Source of the DNA: Ranitomeya imitator
Lineage: Eukaryota
NCBI RefSeq assembly: GCF_032444005.1
Contig: NC_091283.1
Location: 500,464,001 to 500,528,000, forward strand
Length of the DNA stretch: 64,000 nt
Reading direction: 5' to 3'
A program made the translations under genes and the position numbers. Each line of letters begins with the position of its first letter. Position 1 is the first letter of the stretch. The notes under the pieces were generated by a model, which did no database searches, was not told where the DNA came from, and saw nothing but the letters and a program-made list of their open reading frames with translations. Positions 11,931 through 22,842 of the stretch are shown here, one piece after another.

Positions 11931-14340
11931 CAGTAGCGACTAAAAGTTTTGCATTTTGTTTAAAAGTGTGATTACTTCTGTCTGTTGGTTATGATGCCAT
12001 TTTCCTGGAGATGAATTGAAAATGTATGAAGTTGTCAACATGCAAGACCTTAATTTTAACCAAAAAGCTTTAAAATATAGGTATGGTCATTTAATTAATG
12101 AAAACTGTCTGCCAAAAGTTTTACATATGCTATTTGTTGATCACAACATAGAGAGTAATTCATTGCTTACAATGCCTTAAGTTAGTATTTTGTAGCATAA
12201 CCTCTTGTTTTAATTACTGCACCACACCGATGGGACATTGAAGCCACTAGGGTATTCAAAATGTCCTGAGGGATCTTGCTCCATTCTATTTGCAAATCTG
12301 CAATCAATTCTTTATTGCTATGGGTTCGTGCCCCAACTCGTTGCCCTAACTCATCCCAGAGGTGCTCTATAGGGTTTAAATCAGGTGATTGGCTTGGCCA
12401 TTGCAACAGGCAAACATTTGTTTTTCTAACCAATTTTTTTACTAAATTGGATCATTGTCTTGCTGCAATTTCCAGCCCCTGCCTACTTTGGTTTTACCAT
12501 GTGGCAGCATAACATTCTCTAGCATATCCTTATACATGGTAGCATTCATATTTCTATCAATTTTTTTGCAGAGGGCCAATGGTAAATGAAGGAAAGCAGC
12601 CCCAAACAATGACATTTCCACCATCATGTTTCAATGTAGGTGTTTGTTACCTTACAGCATTACGTTTTCCAATTGGGTGTTATGTATAGTGCTTGCCATC
12701 ACTACAAAACAGATTGAACTTGAATTAATCCAACCACAATACCTTAGACCAATCTGGCTCTTATTATTGGCTGTATTCTTTGGCAAACTCAAGTCGCACC
12801 TTCCGGATCTTTGCATAGATGTAAGGCTTCTAGACTGGAACTCGTTGTTAGGTTTGGTGGAACGCACCAAATATATTGTTTATTAAAAGGAATTGGTGCG
12901 TTCGCAACCCGGGATCCACCGAGCAGGAAAGTACCTGCTGCTAAATAATGGCGGCTCTATATGGCGGTATATACTAACTCTGTTAGCTTCACAGAGTAAC
13001 CGCGAGAGGTGAGCTCTGTGCCCTGTTAGACTTTCACAGAGGCACAGGCCAACTACCCAGATGTGAGCAGTGAGTGGTCATGCATTCATACTCAATCTCC
13101 TCGCCGGAGGAGCCAGCATTCTAGGGGCTTATTTCAGCCGGGTCCCTGAACACACTTATACACAATCTCCTCGCCGGAGGTGCCAGCATTCTAGGGGCTT
13201 ATTTCAGCCGGGTCCCTGAACACATACAAACACATGACCACATTGGCGCAAAGCATATAGCAAAAGACGATACTAGCGCATGGCCATGCGGTCATGCGCA
13301 GTTTATATAGTTGCAGCACAGGAAGCTGCTACTGAAGTTTTTGCCCTTTCAGGACCTTCCAGAAGGACCAATGGAAAGTGCTGCAGTACCTGAGCATGTT
13401 TTGCCCTTTCAGGACCTTCCAGAAGGACCAATGGAATGTACTGCAGCACCTGAGCATGTGACCGAACATGTGGCCCTCGACCTCCAATGGGAGACCCTGC
13501 CCTGGGCATGCTCAGTGTGAGTAAACAAGGACTTAGTCCCAGAGAGGCTCGCTCGCCGCAGATCAGTGCAGGGTACCATATGAAAGCCAGAAAAGGCAGT
13601 AGTGACCCTATTCACCGAATCAGCCCCAGCGAGACGCTGGAAGCGACGTCTCCGCTGAGCAGAGCCCACTGCGGCCGATACCGAATGGGAGACCGCAGCA
13701 GACACGGATCAAGATTCCCCCTGTGCAGCAGAGGAAACTCGACTCCTAACACTCATGCATTCAACCCTACTGCTCTTAGCTGTCACACCACAGTTTGGCA
13801 ACTCATTTTGACCCCATATTCTTCCTTCATTTCTGGCAAAATCTGTACAGCACTTTTATGGACATCAGATACTGACTTTTTCTTAATAATGTGATCAACT
13901 GTGGAGGAAATTTTCTATGGTCATCCACTTCTAGTTTTATCAGTTGTTCCATACCCTTCTTTTTCTTTCTTTATGATACGTGACACTTGAATTGAGAACA
14001 GTTGTATTCCATAGCTAACTCTTTTTCATTTTTGCTTCACTCTCAGAATAAGAAGCTTCCTGACATCTGGTGATATATTTGGCTTTGTCTTTGCAATGTT
14101 TTAGCCTAAAAACACACAAACAAAAAAAAAAAAAAAATTTCTTAGGCAAAATCCAACAACCCATGACAAAATATACAAAACATTTGGCCCAGCAAATGTT
14201 GAAAACTAACACATAAAGGGATAAAACAACATCAAACACAATTTTCATACTGACAACTTTTTGCTTCTGGTTTACTAAAATCACCATGAAAATGGCATCA
14301 CAGCAACCAGACAGAAGTAATCACGCTTTTAAAAAAGTTT
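11931..14340 (-). mobile_element. Degenerate Tc1 transposon split by a solo LTR
   Basis: TA|cagtagcgactaaaagttttg; C-terminal remnants 12182-12845 (WPSQSPDLNPIE, GYATKY); N-terminal remnant 13757-14093 (KTKPNISPDVRK..RSG*P*K); right IR ~14280-14335 matches 11970-12010. Confidence 0.8.
12846..13751 (-). mobile_element. Solo LTR of a Gypsy (sushi/Tf1-like) family
   Basis: TGTTAGG...CCTAACA termini; 5-bp TSD ctcgt / ctcat; homologous to LTR 58742-59706; TATA at 13302-13309; internal ~67-bp and ~60-bp tandem duplications. Confidence 0.9.
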
Positions 14341-14727
14341 TATATATATATATCAGCTTGTCATTTACTTTAATAAAAATGATTCATTCTGAAAGTGTCC
14401 ATATGATTTATTTTATTTTGTGATTCAGATAATGTTGCATGGTAAAATAATTATAAAAGTATCTACTAGGGCATATTTCTCAATTTTTTGGCAATGTAAA
14501 CTTTGACTAGAAGGTCTGTAAATGCATCAAATTTATCACTGTGATTCATGCTATTTCATAAACTTGATGCATTTTTAGACTGTTGAGTTACATCAATTAG
14601 TTGGCTTTGTGCCAGATATTTGCACCAAAATTCTGTTCACAGCGTTAAATACTAAGCCATGCCCCTTTCCCTTTAGCCAAGCCGTTTGTTGAACAATTTG
14701 AAAAGAGTGTCTGAAACACTAAATAAG

Positions 14728-15146
14728 GCTACTTTCACACTAGCGTTTTCTGCAATCCGTCACAATGCGTCGTTTTGCAGAAAAAACGCATCCTGCAAAA
14801 GTGCTTGCAGGATGCGTTTTTTCCCCATAGACTTGTATTGACGACGCATTGCGATGGATTGCCACACGTCGCATCCGTCGTGCGACGGATGCGTCATGCT
14901 TTGGCGGACCGTCGGAAGCAAAAAACGCTACATGTAGCGTTTTTTGCTCCTGACGAACCGCTTTTTCCGACTGCGCATGCGCGGCCGGAACTCCGCCCCC
15001 ACCTCCCCGCACCTCACAATGGGGCAGCGAATGCGCCGGAGAAATGCATCAGCTGCCTCCGTTGTGCAGTGCGTTAAACGCTAGCGTCGGAATCTCTGCC
15101 CGACGCATTGCGACGAGGAGATTCCGACGCTAGTGTGAAAGTAGCC
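14728..15146. mobile_element. PIF/Harbinger-like MITE
   Basis: TAA|ggctactttcacactag ... ctagtgtgaaagtagcc|TAA; same family as 38586-38824. Confidence 0.8.
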
Positions 15147-16876
15147 TAAATGCAGTGCAAGGCATGAAAGATTTTTTTTGAATTCTGGAACATTTAGCTT
15201 ACAAAACTTTCTGTTACATTTCTTTACACCACATCTCAAACATCATTACAAATGAAAGTCCTCTAACCAGTTATGATCAAGGGTTATTTATATTTATCAA
15301 TATATTACTCCAACATTGGCCTCAGCAGAGAAAATGTAGCATAGCATGGGAGTCTTTTTAATGAATTGGCATCCAAGAAGGCAAAAATATCGCAGGCCTA
15401 TGCCATAAGGACTGTGCGTCGTAGCCTGGCAGATCTTAAAGGAGCTTCCCTTTAATGGTGTGAAGCTACTTCAATTCCATGAGATCCAAAACAGGACCAG
15501 AAACATCATGCAAAAGGATTGTCAAAATATAAGCCAGGGTCGATAACAGGAAAAACACTAGAAAAACTGGAACTAACATAAAATATGTGAACCAGGTCAA
15601 GCAAAGCTTACGATTTGCAATTAATTGTAAAAAGCTTGGGAATTTAATTGTGTGAGCCCCAGTCAGGGCTCACAGAAGGGTGTAAATAACATCACAATTA
15701 TCAGTTTACCCCAAAACTCCCTGTCTGAATAGCACTATTAGTCCCAAAATAAAAACGCAATCTGCTGCACTATTGCCCAGCAATGCCTTTAAACAAGGAA
15801 CGGCCTTCCGACAGGAGCAGAAACAGATAGAAAAGGCAAATAAATGGATGCAACCGCCTTTTCAGAGTGAGACCACACTTTTAAATCATTCTGGTAATAT
15901 AATAATTGAAAATATTGAATACATGAAATACATTATTGCTAAACACGTAAAAATATAAGGTGAGTGCATATTGATCGCATGTGTGAACTCATCTGCCTGC
16001 AACAAGGTGACCACTTTTCAGATTTGGCCCCATACAAAACAGACTCGCCACTCGAACGTGAACCTATAAATTCAGTTGCCACTATTGTAGGTACTCGGCA
16101 CTTTAGGTTTGCAAAGATATTCACTACCAATAATTAATATTTTCATTAAAGACAAGTTACATGCAGTTAAGTCCTGGGATGCAGCTTCGTTGATCTATAT
16201 CAAACTCAAATAGGAAAAGCTACAGTATGGTCCTTTACACTTCTGCAATGTGTTCTCAAAAATATAAAAATGAATTAATAAATAAATAACTTTACATAAG
16301 AAATTGATTCACAACTACCTATATTTAACAACAGATCTTTATTATAGCTTGGGGGTGCTAATCACTGAAGGTATAAAAATTACCACTCTTCTGGTCTCCT
16401 AGAAAAGCCACCATCCCAAAATGCTAAACTGTAAATAGCATGGATTGTGTCCCACCCGACCCAGAATGGGGATGTGATGAAGAGGTGCAGGGCAATACTG
16501 GACATGAAATCTTTCAGGCTGACAAGCAGCAAATCTGAGCACTAGTGTTGGGATCATAGATCCTGACAGGTTTTTGCACCAGTGGTCATTACCTTCAAAA
16601 TCCTAATAGGCGTCTGAAGCATAATGCTCCGGTTCAGGGCCAGCATGAATACCTGGCACTCCCGGGCAAATTCCAGGACCCTGGATAAATGGGGGGCCCA
16701 CTCGTCGTCGGGGACACCGGTATGCTATGAGGCTTATAAGTTGGAGGGACCGGGTGACAGCCCTCAAACCGCTTACATTGTACTTTTATCTGTTTCAAAT
16801 CCTCACCTCTCCCCGTTCCCCCGCTGATCTGGTCACCTCAGCGTCTTCTGACTCTCTGTGACGTCTCAGCACAGAA

Positions 16877-17694
16877 AACCATGAAATATCAGGTGCACCA
16901 CTATGATGAGAGTCTCTAAGATATATTGATCAATCACTCAGGGTGCTACAAAGATGCATAGAATTGGCACAACAAAAAGAAGAAAGGGGGAAAGCCTATG
17001 CACAGAAATGTGGACACCTGTTATATGCCAAAAATGCAAACTTTATTGTAGCAAAGACACACCAACCAATTTAAAATCAATTAAAAACATGATATACACA
17101 CCCTTCCCCATGTAACGACATACGACCAAAATAAGGTCCAGTACAATGCTAATAGTTCACAGAAAAATTATACCACCTAGATGATTGACATGCAGATGAC
17201 ATTAACAAACAACTATGGCATGCAGATATACATAAACACAATATAAATTCTCATAATAATAGAGGCAAAAATTGGGCGTCCCCAAAACTGTCTTAAATGA
17301 TTAAACCAAAAGAAAATGTGAAGCTCCAAGAAATAGAAAGAGAAAATATATATATAAATATATGTATACCAGCCCCTATTGAAGAGTAGAAATTGCAGTC
17401 CGAAGCTGCACCATAGTAACAAAAGTAAGGTTAAACCAGCAGAGGAAAGAAAGAGGGAGTCCAATATATACCATATCAAAAACCAATAATAGACCCCAGG
17501 AACCCTAAATCTGTCTCATGGATTAGCCTGGTCAAATCTGAGTAGACCAGGAGCAGGTAAAGCCTCAAAGCATGCCCTGATAAGGGTCAAAGTGCCAAAA
17601 GCCTCCAGGGTGTCAGGAAGCCAAGATTCCAGGGGAAGGGGGTAGGGAAGGTCCCACACGTATCGCTGCCGCTGTGCAGCTTCGTCAGGGAAGA
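16877..17694 (-). mobile_element. Non-coding Penelope-type terminal-repeat insertion with a decayed hammerhead at its 5' end
   Basis: 13-bp direct repeat tctcagcacagaa (16864-16876, 17695-17707); minus strand begins tcc-CTGACGA-a-gctgc..gcagc-GATAC-gtgtg-gga; minus-strand AATAAA ~17042-17047. Confidence 0.55.
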
Positions 17695-17814
17695 TCTCAG
17701 CACAGAAGGCGCAATGACATCACTACAGCATGCTTCGATTATACCGAACAGCGGAGACAAGGGGAGAGGTGAGTATTTGTTGATTTATTTTTGTAAGCAT
17801 GAAGCATTAAATGT

Positions 17815-18110
17815 GCCCATTATACTGTATGGAGCATTAGATGGGGCTCATTATACTGTATGGAACATTATATGGGGTCCATTATTCTATATGGAGCAAT
17901 ATATAGGGCCTATAATAATATATAGAGCAATACATGGGGCCCATTATACTGTATGGAGCACAACATCATGCCCATAATGCAGTATGGGGCAATATGTGGT
18001 GTCCATAATACTGTATGGAGGACTATGTGGTGCCCATAATATTATATGGAGGACTATGTGGTGCCCATAATACTATATGGAGGACTATGTAGTGCCCATA
18101 ATACTGTATG
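17815..18110. repeat. ~31-bp minisatellite (cccataatactgtatggaggactatgtggtg) within a MITE-like host
   Basis: Repeated cccataatactgtatgg units, homogeneous at 17990-18110. Confidence 0.7.
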
Positions 18111-18111
18111 A

Positions 18112-20298
18112 AGGAATTTAGCCCGTAAAAAATATTTTTTAAAGAGAGGACCAGCAGTAGCCAATCAAAATCCTAATGATGTACCCAAATTTGTACATAC
18201 TTCCCTAACTAACCCATCAGCGTTCAACCCAATTCAAGAATATTCAAATGCATTTTGCATGTTTGACTCACTGGTTGTACGGGATATTAGGAAACTAGAC
18301 CAGAAGAATAAGTACAAGTATACGCCACACAATCTAACTCCGCAAGAGCAAAAAGCTATTAAGGATCTACAATTCAATAATAGTATCGTTGTGCGACCCG
18401 CAGATAAAGGCGGGGGTATTGTAGTTCTCAGCCATACCATGTATCACCAGGAATCTATGCGACTGCTGAGGGACCGTGTAACTTATAGGGCACTAAGTCA
18501 CGACCCCACCAACCGCTTTATTACCAAACTAAACATCTTGGCCCAAAAAGGTAAAGCTAGAGGAATTTTAGATAAAAAAGAATATTCATACATTATGAAC
18601 AAGAATCCAAGTAGAGCAATTTTCTATCATATACCCAAATTACACAAAAACACAACTAATCCCCCAGGTCGTCCGATCATATCTGGCATTAACAGTTTGA
18701 CAGCCAATTTATCCAGATATGTCGACATGCACTTGCAAAAGTGCATGAAATTAATACCGGCGTATTTGAAAGACATGGGACACACACTGGAATGTTTGGG
18801 AAAAATCGAGTGGAAACAGAATTATATAATGGGTACACTAGACATCAAGTCATTATACACAGTTATTAATCATGAGAAGGGCTGCCAAGCGGCAGAGTAT
18901 TGTCTTCGGGGTTTGGGGATATACATGAACACACAAATTCAATTTACATTAGAATGTGTCCAATTTATTCTGAATCACAACTACTTTCTATACGAGGGGC
19001 AATACTACATCCAAACGTGGGGTACCGCAATGGGTACGAGATTCGCGCCAAGTTACGCAAATACCTATGTTGGCAAGTGGGAATCCTTGCATATTTATAA
19101 GGATGGGCTATTACATCCAGGCCTGGTGGTCTGGCGTCGCTTTATAGACGACGTATTTTTTATATGGGAGGGGTCCTACGTAGACCTTAATATATTCATT
19201 TTGGGGCTAAACAATAATCAGTATGGTCTAGAATTTACCGCCAATACCAGTACTTATGATGTTAACTTTATGGACTTGAATATTTACGTTGAAAAAGACC
19301 AACTGTATACCAAATGCTATCACAAAAAGGTTGATTCAAACAGTTTTATTAATATTAGCAGCTGCCATTTGCCAGTATGGCTGACGAATATTCCAAAAAG
19401 TCAGTTTACAAGAATCCGCCGCAATTGCTCCAACCTGGCTGATTTTAACGAGGAAGCCGAGTACCTAACAGAACAATTCCTGGAAAAAGGGTATTCCGAA
19501 CCACTGTTGAGGAAAGCCAGAGATGAAATAACAGTAACATCTAGAGAATCTATGTTACAAAACAATAAGCAACTTGTTGAGACAGGGGTAGGCTCCATAG
19601 AAGAACAAATCCAGAATCTGGCGTTTATCACACAATTTCATACTGGGCATCAAAGATTTGTTAACATCATACGTAAACACTGGTCAGTCCTACAAAGCGA
19701 CAAGGTGGTGGGCGAATTACTCCCTAGCAATCCCAGATTCATTTATAGGAAAGCCCAGTCTTTGGGTCATTTAATAGCCCCTACAACAAAAATGACCCTT
19801 ACAGATGGAGCAATAGGGAATTCCACTACAAACACATCTAAAGGGGGTTTTTCACTATGTGGTGGGTGCTATGGATGCATGCAGACTACTTTTAAGAAGA
19901 CTAGAAAACTAACATTCCAAGATGTGGATGGAATGAAAGGATTTTCCATCAAGGATAATATATCCTGCCATACAGCTGGGGTGATATATGTAGTACAATG
20001 CCCATGTAATAAGCTGTATGTGGGACGAACCAAAAGGCAGTTAAAGATACGAATTAAAGAACACTTTAAGAATATTAAAAATGGATTCCTGGAACACCCT
20101 TTATCACGTCACTTCAAAGACAAACATGGACAATCAGTCAAAGGGACTGCCTTTTACGGTATCCAGGTTGTACGCCCTAACAAAAGGGGAGGTGACTTTA
20201 TCAAACAAATGTCAAGAATTGAATCGCAGTGGATCTTCACCCTCGATAGTTTAAAACCAAAGGGCCTCAATTGCGAACTGGAACTATACGCTTTTTAA
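18112..20298 (+). CDS. Penelope-like retroelement RT + GIY-YIG endonuclease ORF (Neptune-like), 5'-truncated
   Basis: Frame open from 18112 (LARKKYFLK..SAFNP), first ATG 18259; RT motifs QTWGTAMG, RFIDD; Cys-rich linker CGGCYGC; GVIYVVQCPCNKLYVGRTKR..RIKEH; ends GLNCEL. Confidence 0.93.
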   Translation, partial: RNLARKKYFLKRGPAVANQNPNDVPKFVHTSLTNPSAFNPIQEYSNAFCMFDSLVVRDIRKLDQKNKYKYTPHNLTPQEQKAIKDLQFNNSIVVRPADKGGGIVVLSHTMYHQESMRLLRDRVTYRALSHDPTNRFITKLNILAQKGKARGILDKKEYSYIMNKNPSRAIFYHIPKLHKNTTNPPGRPIISGINSLTANLSRYVDMHLQKCMKLIPAYLKDMGHTLECLGKIEWKQNYIMGTLDIKSLYTVINHEKGCQAAEYCLRGLGIYMNTQIQFTLECVQFILNHNYFLYEGQYYIQTWGTAMGTRFAPSYANTYVGKWESLHIYKDGLLHPGLVVWRRFIDDVFFIWEGSYVDLNIFILGLNNNQYGLEFTANTSTYDVNFMDLNIYVEKDQLYTKCYHKKVDSNSFINISSCHLPVWLTNIPKSQFTRIRRNCSNLADFNEEAEYLTEQFLEKGYSEPLLRKARDEITVTSRESMLQNNKQLVETGVGSIEEQIQNLAFITQFHTGHQRFVNIIRKHWSVLQSDKVVGELLPSNPRFIYRKAQSLGHLIAPTTKMTLTDGAIGNSTTNTSKGGFSLCGGCYGCMQTTFKKTRKLTFQDVDGMKGFSIKDNISCHTAGVIYVVQCPCNKLYVGRTKRQLKIRIKEHFKNIKNGFLEHPLSRHFKDKHGQSVKGTAFYGIQVVRPNKRGGDFIKQMSRIESQWIFTLDSLKPKGLNCELELYAF

Positions 20299-20644
20299 TC
20301 CTAACTACACTACACAGTATGTAGGTAGTGGGGGTTTATAGATATCATCTAATTCTGTTTTTGGTACCGTATAAGGAATGGGCCAGTTCACAAATATAGG
20401 AGCAGATATATGCTCCCAGCGAAGTGCAAACATTGCTAAGTTCGTACCTGCTGCCCATTTCCAGCATACGCACCTCAGTTACTATAGTGGTGGAATAAGA
20501 TGTTTTATAAGTATGCATAAAGACATATTCTTACTAATTTTAATTTTTATTGAGTCCCTCGCCCCACATTTTCAGGTTCAGCATATAGGCACCTTAGCTG
20601 ATAGATGGGACGAGTAGGCCATTTTACAAATACGTGGATATATA

Positions 20645-22301
20645 CAGTTAGGGCCAGAAATATTTGGACAGTGACACAATTTTCGCGATTTGGGCTCTGC
20701 ATGCCACCACATTGGATTTGAAATGAAACCTCTACAACAGAATTCAAGTGCAGATTGTAACGTTTAATTTGAAGGGTTGAACAAAAATATCTGATAGAAA
20801 ATGTAGGAATTGTACACATTTATTTACAAACACTCCACATTTTAGGAGGTCAAAAGTAATTGGACAAATAAACATAACCCTAACAAAAAATATTTATTTT
20901 CAATATTTTGTTGCAAATCCTTTGGAGGCAATCACTGCCTTAAGTCTGGAACCCATGGACATCACCAAACGCTGGGTTTCCTCCTTCTTAATGCTTTGCC
21001 AGGCCTTTACAGCCGCAGCCTTCAGGTCTTGCTTGCTTGTGGGTCTTTCCGTCTTAAGTCTGGATTTGAGCAAGTGAAATGCATGCTCAATTGGGTTTAG
21101 ATCTGGAGATTGACTTGGCCATTGCAGAATGTTCCACTTTTTGGCACTCATGAACTCCTGGGTAGCTTTGGCTGTATGCTTGGGGTCATTGTCCATCTGT
21201 ACTATGAAGCGCCGTCCAATCAACTTTGCAGCATTTGGCTGAATCTGGGCTGAAAGTATATCCCGGTACACTTCAGAATTCATCCGGCTACTCTTGTCTG
21301 CTCTTATGTCATCAATAAACACAAGTGACCCAGTGCCATTGAAAGCCATGCATGCCCATGCCATCACGTTGCCTCCACCATGTTTTACAGAGGATGTGGT
21401 GTGCCTTGGATCATGTGCCGTTCCCTTTCTTCTCCAAACTTTTTTCTTCCCATCATTCTGGTACAGGTTGATCTTTGTCTCATCTGTCCATAGAATACTT
21501 TTCCAGAACTGAGCTGGCTTCTTGAGGTGTTTTTCTGCAAATTTAACTCTGGCCTGTCTATTTTTGGTATTGATGAATGGTTTGCATCTAGATGTGAACC
21601 CTTTGTATTTACTGTCATGGAGTCTTCTCTTTACTGTTGACTTAGAGACAGATACACCTACTTCACTGAGAGTGTTCTGGACTTCAGTTGATGTTGTGAA
21701 CGGGTTCTTCTTCACCAAATTAAGTATGCGGCGATCATCCACCACTGTTGTCATCCGTGGACGCCCAGGCCTTTTTGAGTTCCCAAGCTCACCAGTCAAT
21801 TCCTTTTTTCTCAGAATGTACCCAACTGTTGATTTTGCTACTCCAAGCATGTCTGCTATCTCTCTGATGGATTTTTTCTTTTTTTTCAGCCTCAGGATGT
21901 TCTGCTTCACCTCAATTGAGAGTTCCTTTGACCGCATGTTGTCTGCTCACAGCAACAGCTTCCAAATGCAAAACCACACACCTGTAATCCACCCCTGACC
22001 TTTTAACTACCGTACTTCATTGATTACAGGTTAACGAGGGAGACGCCTTCAGAGTTAATTGCAGCCCTTAGAGTCCATTGTCCAATTACTTTTGGTCCCT
22101 TGAAAAAGAGGACGCTATGCATTACAGAGCTATGATTCCTAAACCCTTTCTCCGATTTGGATGTGGAAACTATCATATTGCAGCTGGGAGTGTGCACTTT
22201 CAGCCCATATTATATATATAATTGTATTTCTGAACATGTTTTTGTAAACAGCTAAAATAACAAAACTTGTGTCACTGTCCAAATATTTCTGGCCCTAACT
22301 G
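20645..22301 (-). mobile_element. Full-length Tc1 (DD34E) transposon inserted in the PLE 3' region
   Basis: TA TSD; perfect 35-bp terminal IR cagttagggccagaaatatttggacagtgacacaa; inner direct repeats at ~20855 and ~22078. Confidence 0.95.
20900..21937 (-). CDS. Intact Tc1 transposase, 345 aa
   Basis: PAIRED-like HTH, GRPR, WTDETK, MDNDPKH-34 aa-NPIEH; no stops. Confidence 0.95.
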   Translation of the reverse strand: MRSKELSIEVKQNILRLKKKKKSIREIADMLGVAKSTVGYILRKKELTGELGNSKRPGRPRMTTVVDDRRILNLVKKNPFTTSTEVQNTLSEVGVSVSKSTVKRRLHDSKYKGFTSRCKPFINTKNRQARVKFAEKHLKKPAQFWKSILWTDETKINLYQNDGKKKVWRRKGTAHDPRHTTSSVKHGGGNVMAWACMAFNGTGSLVFIDDIRADKSSRMNSEVYRDILSAQIQPNAAKLIGRRFIVQMDNDPKHTAKATQEFMSAKKWNILQWPSQSPDLNPIEHAFHLLKSRLKTERPTSKQDLKAAAVKAWQSIKKEETQRLVMSMGSRLKAVIASKGFATKY

Positions 22302-22797
22302 TATATATATTTTTATTAATTTCATTATTTTTATCTAGCCCTTTTGCCATATATATTCATGTCCACCAAATATTTATAGATTTTTTATATATTTATATTC
22401 TTAATAAAAGTGAAGTTTTAACACGTAATATGTTAGGTTTTTTTTCCCTTTTTTTCCCTTTTTTAAATGTTTCGCACTATCCATTTGTAGTTACTAATTA
22501 AGCACATGGCCAGATGGTTTCCTAATTTTAAACATGCAGCATACATGTAAATAAGTTAAATCTATTATACAGAAGGAGATAAGTAATAATAATATGCCAT
22601 ATACATACAGTATATCACACACAGCGGGTGAGCGTATTCCTGCCCTCACTCAATGAGTGGGTAAATAACAATGTAAGGTCGTGATTAGGGGATGGGGGAG
22701 TATGAATGGACAGAAGTATGCAGTCTCATGTTAACATTGGTGCACAGCGGGGTGCGGGCAGGGCGCGTATATATATGGGGCTGAAGTCAGTGGGCGG

Positions 22798-22842
22798 TAA
22801 CCCTGATGAAGGAGTGCGTGTCACTTTGAAACGCGTAGGTTA
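22798..22842 (+). ncRNA. Minimal type I hammerhead ribozyme in the PLE 3' terminal repeat
   Basis: taacc-CTGATGA-aggagtg(cgtgt)cacttt-GAAA-c-gc-GTA-ggtta; perfect 5-bp stem I, canonical core, same strand as the RT ORF. Confidence 0.8.

Noticed and set aside
706-21998. Antisense ORFs over transposases (706-1170, 21522-21998) and the many 60-100 aa ORFs in the track
   Set aside because: Opposite-strand shadows of TE or keratin coding sequence, or random ORFs without motifs.
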